Shown in pieces: positions 53,501-64,000 of a stretch of DNA of 64,000 nt. Made by a program: the position numbers and the translations under genes. Position 1 is the stretch's first letter; each line of letters opens with the position of its first letter. A model generated the notes under the pieces. It was not told the origin of the DNA. It made no database searches and was given only the letters and a program-made list of their open reading frames with translations. Origin of the DNA: Eledone cirrhosa (taxonomy: Eukaryota); NCBI GenBank assembly GCA_964016885.1, contig OZ024766.1, positions 12,772,001 to 12,836,000 of the forward strand. Direction: 5' to 3'.

Positions 53501-56500
53501 GGACTATTGCTATGTTAACTACAGGAGCTAATATCCTAGGGACTATTGCTATGTTAACTACAGGAGCTAATATCCTGGGGACTATTGCTATGTTAACTAC
53601 AGGAGCTAATATCCTCGGGACTATTGCTATGTTAACTAAAGGACCTTATATCCTGGGGACTATTGCTATGTTAACTACAGGAGCTAATATCCTAGGGACT
53701 ATTGCTATGTTAACTAAAGGAGCTAATATCCTAGGGACTATTGCTATGTTAACTAAAGGAGCTAATATCCTGGGGTCTATTGCTATGTTAACTAAAGTAG
53801 CTAATATCCTGGGGACTATTGCTATGTTAACTACAGGAGCTAATATCCTAGGGACTATTGCTATGTTAACTAAAGGAGCTAATATCCTAGGGACTATTGC
53901 TATGTTAACTACAGGAGCTAATATCCTGGGGACTATTGCTATGTTAACTACAGGAGCTAATATACTGGGGACTATTGCTATGTGAACTATAGGAGCTAAT
54001 ATCCTAGGGACTATTGCTATGTTAACTAAAGGAGCTAATATCCTAGGGACTATTGCTATGTTAACTACAGGAGCTAATATCCTAGGGACTATTGCTATGT
54101 TACCTACAGGAGCTAATATCCTAGGGACTATTGCTATGTTGACTACAGGAGCTAATATCCTAGGGACTATTGCTATGTTAACTAAAGGAGCTAATATCCT
54201 AGGGACTATTGCTATGTTAACTAAAGGAGCTAATATCCTAGGCACTATTGCTATGTTAACTACAGGAGCTAATATCCTGGGGACTATTGCTATGTTAACT
54301 ACAGGAGCTAATATCCTGGGGACTATTGCAATGTTAACTAAAGGAGCTAATATCCTGGGGACTATTGCTATGTTAACTAAAGGAGCTAATATCCTGGGGA
54401 TTATTGCTATGTTAACTAAAGGAGCTAATATCCTGGGGTCTATTGCTATGTTAACTACAGGAGCTAATATCCTGGGGACTATTGCTATGTTAACTAAAGG
54501 AGCTAATATCCTGGGGACTATTGCTATGTTAACTACAGGAGCTAATATCCTAGGGACTATTGCTATGTTAACTAAAGGAGCTAATATCCTGGGGACTATT
54601 GCTATGTTAACTACAGGAGCTAATATCCTGGGGTCTATTGCTATGTTAACTAAAGGAGCTAATATCCTGGGTACTATTGCTATGTTAACTACAGTAGCTA
54701 ATATCCTGGGGTCTATTGCTATGTTAACTACAGGAGCTAATATCCTAGGGACTATCGCTATGTTAACTAAATGAGCTAATATCCTGGGGACTATTGCTAT
54801 GTTAACTAAAGGAGCTAATATCCTGGGGTCTATTGCTATGTTAACTAAAGGAGCTAATATCCTAGGGACTATTGCTATGTTAACTACAGGAGCTAATATC
54901 CTGGGGACTATTGCTATGTTAACTAAAGGAGCTAATATCCTAGGGACTATTGCTATGTTAACTACAGGAGCTAATATCCTGGGGTCTATTGCTATGTTAA
55001 CTACAGGAGCTAATATCCTAGGGTCTATTGCTATGTTAACTAAAGGAGCTAATATCCTGGGGACTATTGCTATGTTAACTACAGGAGCTAATATCCTGGG
55101 GTCTATTGCTATGTTAACTACAGGAGCTAATATCCTAGGGACTATTGCTATGTTAAATAAAGGAGCTAATATCCTGGGGACTATTGCTATGTTAACTACA
55201 GGAGCTAATATCCTGGTGACTATTGCTATGTTAACTAAAGGAGCTAATATCCTGGGGACTATTGCTATGTTAACTACAGGAGCTAATATCCTGGGGTCTA
55301 TTGCTATGTTAACTAAAGGAGCTAATAACCTAGGGTCTATTGCTATGTTAACTAAAGGAGCTAATATCCTGGGGACTATTGCTATGTTAACTACAGGAGC
55401 TAATATCCTGGGGACTATTGCTATGTTAACTACAGGAGCTAATATCCTGGGGACTATTGCTATGTTAACTAAAGGAGCTAATATCCTGGGGACTATTGCT
55501 ATGTTAACTAAAGGAGCTAATATCCTGGGGTCTATTGCTATGTTAACTAAAGGAGCTAATATCCTGGGGACTATTGCTATGTTAACTAAAGGAGCTAATA
55601 TCCTGGGGACTATTGCTATGTTAACTAAAGGAGCTAATATCCTGGGGACTATTGCTCTGTTAACTACAGGAGCTAATATCCTAGGGACTATTGCTATGTT
55701 AACTACAGGAGCTAATATCCTGGGGACTATTGCTATGTTAACTACAGGAGCTAATATCCTGGGGACTATTGCTATGTTAACTACAGGAGCTAATATCCTG
55801 GGGACTATTGCTATGTTAACTACAGGAGCTAATATCCTGGGGACTATTGCTATGTTAACTACAGGAGCTAATATCCTAGGGACTATTGCTATGTTAACTA
55901 CAGGAGCTAATATCCTGGGGACTATTGCTATGTTAACTACAGGAGCTAATATCCTAGGGACTATTGCTATGTTAACTACAGGAGCTAATATCCTGGGGAC
56001 TATTGCTATGTTAACTACAGGAGCTAATATCCTCGGGACTATTGCTATGTTAACTAAAGGACCTTATATCCTGGGGACTATTGCTATGTTAACTACAGGA
56101 GCTAATATCCTAGGGACTATTGCTATGTTAACTAAAGGAGCTAATATCCTAGGGACTATTGCTATGTTAACTAAAGGAGCTAATATCCTGGGGTCTATTG
56201 CTATGTTAACTAAAGTAGCTAATATCCTGGGGACTATTGCTATGTTAACTACAGGAGCTAATATCCTAGGGACTATTGCTATGTTAACTAAAGGAGCTAA
56301 TATCCTAGGGACTATTGCTATGTTAACTACAGGAGCTAATATCCTGGGGACTAATGCTATGTTAACTAAAGGAGCTAATATCCTAGGGACTATTGCTATG
56401 TTAACTACAGGAGCTAATATCCTGGGGACTATTGCTATGTTAACTACAGGAGCTAATATCCTGGGGACTATTGCTATGTTAACTAAAGGAGCTAATATCC

Positions 56501-59500
56501 TAGGGACTATTGCTATGTTAACTACAGGAGGTAATATCCTAGGGACTATTGCTATGTTAACTACAGGAGCTAATATCCTGGGGACTATTGCTATGTTAAC
56601 TAAAGGTGCTAATATCCTAGGGACTATTGCTATGTTAACTACAGGAGCTAATATCCTGGGGACTATTGCTATGTTAACTACAGGAGCTAATATACTGGGG
56701 ACTATTGCTATGTGAACTATAGGAGCTAATATCCTAGGGACTATTGCTATGTTAACTAAAGGAGCTAATATCCTAGGGACTATTGCTATGTTAACTACAG
56801 GAGCTAATATCCTAGGGACTATTGCTATGTTACCTACAGGAGCTAATATCCTAGGGACTATTGCTATGTTGACTACAGGAGCTAATATCCTAGGGACTAT
56901 TGCTATGTTAACTAAAGGAGCTAATATCCTAGGGACTATTGCTATGTTAACTAAAGGAGCTAATATCCTAGGCACTATTGCTATGTTAACTACAGGAGCT
57001 AATATCCTGGGGACTATTGCTATGTTAACTACAGGAGCTAATATCCTGGGGACTATTGCAATGTTAACTAAAGGAGCTAATATCCTGGGGACTATTGCTA
57101 TGTTAACTAAAGGAGCTAATATCCTGGGGATTATTGCTATGTTAACTAAAGGAGCTAATATCCTGGGGTCTATTGCTATGTTAACTACAGGAGCTAATAT
57201 CCTGGGGACTATTGCTATGTTAACTAAAGGAGCTAATATCCTGGGGACTATTGCTATGTTAACTACAGGAGCTAATATCCTAGGGACTATTGCTATGTTA
57301 ACTAAAGGAGCTAATATCCTGGGGACTATTGCTATGTTAACTACAGGAGCTAATATCCTGGGGTCTATTGCTATGTTAACTAAAGGAGCTAATATCCTGG
57401 GTACTATTGCTATGTTAACTACAGTAGCTAATATCCTGGGGTCTATTGCTATGTTAACTACAGGAGCTAATATCCTAGGGACTATCGCTATGTTAACTAA
57501 ATGAGCTAATATCCTGGGGACTATTGCTATGTTAACTAAAGGAGCTAATATCCTGGGGTCTATTGCTATGTTAACTAAAGGAGCTAATATCCTAGGGACT
57601 ATTGCTATGTTAACTACAGGAGCTAATATCCTGGGGACTATTGCTATGTTAACTAAAGGAGCTAATATCCTAGGGACTATTGCTATGTTAACTACAGGAG
57701 CTAATATCCTGGGGTCTATTGCTATGTTAACTACAGGAGCTAATATCCTAGGGTCTATTGCTATGTTAACTAAAGGAGCTAATATCCTGGGGACTATTGC
57801 TATGTTAACTACAGGAGCTAATATCCTGGGGTCTATTGCTATGTTAACTACAGGAGCTAATATCCTAGGGACTATTGCTATGTTAAATAAAGGAGCTAAT
57901 ATCCTGGGGACTATTGCTATGTTAACTACAGGAGCTAATATCCTGGTGACTATTGCTATGTTAACTAAAGGAGCTAATATCCTGGGGACTATTGCTATGT
58001 TAACTACAGGAGCTAATATCCTGGGGTCTATTGCTATGTTAACTAAAGGAGCTAATAACCTAGGGTCTATTGCTATGTTAACTAAAGGAGCTAATATCCT
58101 GGGGACTATTGCTATGTTAACTACAGGAGCTAATATCCTGGGGACTATTGCTATGTTAACTACAGGAGCTAATATCCTGGGGACTATTGCTATGTTAACT
58201 AAAGGAGCTAATATCCTGGGGACTATTGCTATGTTAACTAAAGGAGCTAATATCCTGGGGTCTATTGCTATGTTAACTAAAGGAGCTAATATCCTGGGGA
58301 CTATTGCTATGTTAACTAAAGGAGCTAATATCCTGGGGACTATTGCTATGTTAACTAAAGGAGCTAATATCCTGGGGACTATTGCTCTGTTAACTACAGG
58401 AGCTAATATCCTAGGGACTATTGCTATGTTAACTACAGGAGCTAATATCCTGTGGACTATTGCTATGTTAACTACAGGAGCTAATATCCTGGGGACTATT
58501 GCTATGTTAACTACAGAAGCTAATATCCTGGGGACTATTGCTATGTTAACTACAGGAGCTAATATCCTGGGGACTATTGCTATGTTAACTACAGGAGCTA
58601 ATATCCTAGGGACTATTGCTATGTTAACTACAGGAGCTAATATCCTGGGGACTATTGCTATGTTAACTAAAGGAGTTAATATCCTAGGGACTATTGCTAT
58701 GTTAACTAAAGGAGCTAATATCCTGGGGACTATTGCTATGTTAACTAAAGGAGCTAATATCCTGGGGACTATTGCTATGTTAACTACAGGAGTTAATATC
58801 CTGGGGACTATTGCTATGTTAACTAAAGGAGCTAATATCCTATGGACTATTGCTATGTTAACTACAGGAGCTAATATCCTGGGGACTATTGCTATGTTAA
58901 CTAAAGGAGCTAATATCCTGGGGACTATTGCTATGTTAACTAAAGGAGCTAATATCCTGGGGACTATTGCTATGTTAACTACGGGAGCTAATATCCTGGG
59001 GACTATTGCTATGTTAACTACAGGAGCTAATGTCCTAGGGACTATTGCTATGTTAACTACAGGAGCTAATATCCTAGGGACTATTGCTATGTTAACTAAA
59101 GGACCTTATATCCTGGGGACTATTGCTATGTTAACTACAGGAGCTAATATCCTAGGGACTATTGCTATGTTAACTAAAGGAGCTAATATCCTAGGGACTA
59201 TTGCTATGTTAACTAAAGGAGCTAATATCCTGGGGTCTATTGCTATGTTAACTAAAGTAGCTAATATCCTGGGGACTATTGCTATGTTAACTACAGGAGC
59301 TAATATCCTAGGGACTATTGCTATGTTAACTACAGGAGCTAATATCCTAGGGACTATTGCTATGTTACCTACAGGAGCTAATATCCTAGGGACTATTGCT
59401 ATGTTGACTACAGGAGCTAATATCCTAGGGACTATTGCTATGTTAACTAAAGGAGCTAATATCCTAGGGACTATTGCTATGTTAACTAAAGGAGCTAATA

Positions 59501-62500
59501 TCCTAGGCACTATTGCTATGTTAACTACAGGAGCTAATATCCTGGGGACTATTGCTATGTTAACTACAGGAGCTAATATCCTGGGGACTATTGCAATGTT
59601 AACTAAAGGAGCTAATATCCTGGGGACTATTGCTATGTTAACTACAGGAGCTAATATCCTGGGGACTATTGCTATGTTAACTAAAGGAGCTAATATCCTG
59701 GGGACTATTGCTATGTTAACTACAGGAGCTAATATCTTAGGGACTATTGCTATGTTAACTAAAGGAGCTAATATCCTGGGGACTATTGCTATGTTAACTA
59801 CAGGAGCTAATATCCTGGGGTCTATTGCTATGTTAACTAAAGGAGCTAATATCCTGGGTACTATTGCTATGTTAACTACAGTAGCTAATATCCTGGGGTC
59901 TATTGCTATGTTAACTACAGGAGCTAATATCCTAGGGACTATCGCTATGTTAACTAAATGAGCTAATATCCTGGGGACTATTGCTATGTTAACTAAAGGA
60001 GCTAATATCCTGGGGTCTATTGCTATGTTAACTAAAGTAGCTAATATCCTAGGGACTATTGCTATGTTAACTACAGGAGCTAATATCCTGGGGACTATTG
60101 CTATGTTAACTAAAGGAGCTAATATCCTAGGGACTATTGCTATGTTAACTACAGGAGCTAATATCCTGGGGTCTATTGCTATGTTAACTACAGGAGCTAA
60201 TATCCTAGGGACTATTGCTATGTTAACTAAAGGAGCTAATATCCTGGGGACTATTGCTATGTTAACTACAGGAGCTAATATCCTGGGGTCTATTGCTATG
60301 TTAACTACAGGAGCTAATATCCTAGGGACTATTGCTATGTTAAATAAAGGAGCTAATATCCTGCGGACTATTGCTATGTTAACTACAGGAGCTAATATCC
60401 TGGGGTCTATTGCTATGTTAACTAAAGGAGCTAATATCCTGGGGACTATTGCTATGTTAACTACAGGAGCTAATATCCTGGGGTCTATTGCTATGTTAAC
60501 TAAAGGAGCTAATAACCTAGTGTCTATTGCTATGTTAACTAAAGGAGCTAATATCCTGGGGACTATTGCTATGTTAACTACAGGAGCTAATATCCTGGGG
60601 ACTATTGCTATGTTAACTACAGGAGCTAATATCCTGGGGACTATTGCTATGTTAACTAAAGGAGCTAATATCCTGGGGACTATTGCTATGTTAACTAAAG
60701 GAGCTAATATCCTGGGGACTATTGCTATGTTAACTAAAGGAGCTAATATCCTGGGGTCTATTGCTATGTTAACTAAAGGAGCTAATATCCTGGGGACTAT
60801 TGCTATGTTAACTAAAGGAGCTAATATCCTAGGGACTATTGCTATGTTAACTACAGGAGCTAATATCCTGGGGACTATTGCTATGTTAACTAAAGGAGCT
60901 AATATCCTGGGGACTATTGTTATGTTAACTAAAGGAGCTAATATCCTGGGGTCTATTGCTATGTTAACTAAAGGAGCTAATATCCTGGGGTCTATTGCTA
61001 TGTTAACTAAAGGAGCTAATATCCTGGGGACTATTGCTATGTTAACTAAAGGAGCTAATATCCTGGGGACTATTGCTATGTTAACTAAAGGAGCTAATAT
61101 CCTGGGGACTATTGCTATGTTAACTAAAGGAGCTAATATCCTGGGGACTATTGCTATGTTAACTAAAGGAGCTAATATCCTGGGGGCTATTGCTATGTTA
61201 ACTACAGGAGCTTATATCCTGGGGACTATTGCTATGTTAACTAAAGGAGCTAATATCCTGGGGACTATTGCTATGTTAACTAAAGGAGCTAATATCCTGG
61301 GGACTATTGCTATGTTAACTAAAGGAGCTGATATCCTCGGGACTATTGCTATGTTAACTAAAGGAGCTAATATCCTGGGGTCTATTGCTATGTTAACTAC
61401 AGGAGCTAATATCCTGGGGACTATTGCTGTGTTAACTAAAGGAGCTAATATCCTGGGGACTATTGCTATGTTAACTACAGGAGCTAATATCCTGGGGACT
61501 ATTGCTATGTTAACTAAAGGAGCTAATATCCTGGGGACTATTGCTATGTTAACTAAAGGAGCTAATATCCTGGGGACTATTGCTATGTTAACTACAGGAG
61601 CTAATATCCTGGGGACTATTGCTATGTTAACTACAGGAGCTAATATCCTAGGGACTATTGCTATGTTAACTAAAGGAGCTAACATCCTGGGGACTATTGC
61701 TATGTTAACTAAAGGAGCTAATATCCTGGGGACTATTGCTATGTTAACTAAAGGAGCTAATATCCTGGGGACTATTGCTATGTTAACTAAACGAGCTAAT
61801 ATCCTGGGGACTATTGCTATGTTAACTACAGGAGCTAATATCCTAGGGACTATTGCTATGTTAACTAAAGGAGCTAATATCCTAGGGACTATTGCTATGT
61901 TAACTAAAGGAGCTAATATCCTGGGGACTATTGCTATGTTAACTAAGAGAGCTAATATCCTAGGGACTATTGCTATGTTAACTAAAGGAGCTAATATCCC
62001 TGGGACTATTGCTATGTTAACTACAGGAGCTAATATCCTAGGGACTATTGCTATGTTAACTAAAAGAGCTAATATCCTGGGTACTATTGCTATGTTAACT
62101 AAAGGAGCTAATATCCTAGGGACTATTGCTATGTTAACTAAAGGAGCTAATATCCTAGGGACTATTGCTATGTTAACTACAGGAGCTAATATCCTAGCGA
62201 CTATTGCTATGTTAACTAAAGGAGCTAATATCCTGGGGTCTATTGCTATGTTAACTAAAGGAGCTAATATCCTGGGGACTATTGCTATGTTAACTAAAGG
62301 AGCTAATATCCTGGGGACTATTGCTATGTTAACTAAAGGAGCTAATATCCTGGGGACTATTGCTCTGTTAACTACAGGAGCTAATATCCTAGGGACTATT
62401 GCTATGTTAACTACAGGAGCTAATATCCTGGGGACTATTGCTATGTTAACTACAGGAGCTAATATCCTGGGGACTATTGCTATGTTAACTACAGGAGCTA

Positions 62501-64000
62501 ATATCCTGGGGACTATTGCTATGTTAACTACAGGAGCTAATATCCTGGGGACTATTGCTATGTTAACTACCGGAGCTAATATCCTACGGACTATTGCTAT
62601 GTTAACTACAGGAGCTAATATCCTGGGGACTATTGCTATGTTAACTAAAGGAGTTAATATCCTAGGGACTATTGCTATGTTAACTAAAGGAGCTAATATC
62701 CTGGGGACTATTGCTATGTTAACTAAAGGAGCTAATATCCTGGGGACTATTGCTATGTTAACTACAGGAGTTAATATCCTGGGGACTATTGCTATGTTAA
62801 CTAAAGGAGCTAATATCCTATGGACTATTGCTATGTTAACTACAGGAGCTAATATCCTGGGGACTATTGCTATGTTAACTAAAGGAGCTAATATCCTGGG
62901 GACTATTGCTATGTTAACTAAAGGAGCTAATATCCTAGGGACTATTGCTATGTTAACTACGGGAGCTAATATCCTGGGGACTATTGCTATGTTAACTACA
63001 GGAGCTAATATCCTAGGGACTATTGCTATGTTAACTACAGGAGCTAATATCCTAGGGACTATTGCTATGTTAACTACAGGAGCTAATATCCTGGGGACTA
63101 TTGCTATGTTAACTACAGGAGCTAATGTCCTAGGGACTATTGCTATGTTAACTAAAGGAGCTTATATCCTGGGGACTATTGCTATCTTAACTACAGGAGC
63201 TAATATCCTGGGGACTATTGCTATGTTAACTAAAGGAGCTAATATCCTGGGGACTATTGCTATGTTAACTAAAGGAGCTAATATCCTGGGGACTATTGCT
63301 ATGTTAACTAAAGGAGCTAATATCCTGGGGGCTATTGCTATGTTAACTACAGGAGCTTATATCCTGGGGACTATTGCTATGTTAACTAAAGGAGCTAATA
63401 TCCTGGGGACTATTGCTATGTTAACTAAAGGAGCTAATATCCTGGGGACTATTGCTATGTTAACTAAAGGAGCTGATATCCTCGGGACTATTGCTATGTT
63501 AACTAAAGGAGCTAATATCCTGGGGTCTATTGCTATGTTAACTACAGGAGCTAATATCCTGGGGACTATTGCTGTGTTAACTAAAGGAGCTAATATCCTG
63601 GGGTCTATTGCTATGTTAACTAAAGGAGCTAATATCCTGGGGACTATTGCTATGTTAACTACAGGAGCTAATATCCTGGGGACTATTGCTATGTTAACTA
63701 CCAGAGCTAATATCCTAGGGACTATTGCTATGTTAACTACAGGAGCTAATATCCTGGGGACTATTGCTATGTTAACTAAAGGAGTTAATATCCTAGGGAC
63801 TATTGCTATGTTAACTAAAGGAGCTAATATCCTGGGGACTATTGCTATGTTAACTAAAGGAGCTAATATCCTGGGGACTATTGCTATGTTAACTACAGGA
63901 GTTAATATCCTGGGGACTATTGCTATGTTAACTAAAGGAGCTAATATCCTATGGACTATTGCTATGTTAACTACAGGAGCTAATATCCTGGGGACTATTG
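44521..64000. repeat. 39-bp satellite, ~500 units, GAGCTAATATCCT(G/A)GGG(A/T)CTATTGCTATGTTAACTA(A/C)AG; runs off the window end
   Basis: Continuous array. The 13-codon period gives the MLTKGANILGTIA pseudo-ORFs. Higher-order duplications of 584, 2027, 2730 and 2145 bp. Confidence 0.99.

Noticed and set aside
44779-61685. Long ORFs of MLTKGANILGTIA / NIAIVPRILAPLV repeats (up to 911 aa)
   Set aside because: A 39-bp unit lacking stops in one frame per strand produces them automatically. Stops and frameshifts are copied along with the higher-order blocks, and there is no unique N- or C-terminus.

Overview
Eukaryotic, repeat-dominated window. It is most likely from a coleoid cephalopod (Octopus-type) C2H2 zinc-finger cluster; this is inferred from the [20 protein letters not shown] finger style, the (ATG)n-tailed RTE LINEs and tRNA-SINEs, and the (TA)n tracts. 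A 24-kb island (about 20.3-44.5 kb) lies between two ~20-kb satellites: a ~50-bp unit containing a variable (CA)n tract (1-20122) and a 39-bp unit (44521 to the window end). The island holds two paralogous poly-C2H2 ORFs (7+1 and 18 fingers), many RTE-LINE fragments, CR1-like and L1/Tx1-like remnants, two SINE families and a Merlin-like DNA transposon remnant. The main observation is that most tandem arrays here trace to retroelement segments, several amplified in place. The 39-bp megasatellite matches an RTE ORF segment (25/30 nt) and begins at the collinear point of an RTE remnant. The 80-bp x20 and 115-bp x4 arrays come from the RTE C-terminal region, and a 48-49-bp SINE-internal motif forms three arrays of different ages. 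The long repetitive ORFs in the track are artefacts of these arrays. Family names are from motif recognition, not database searches.
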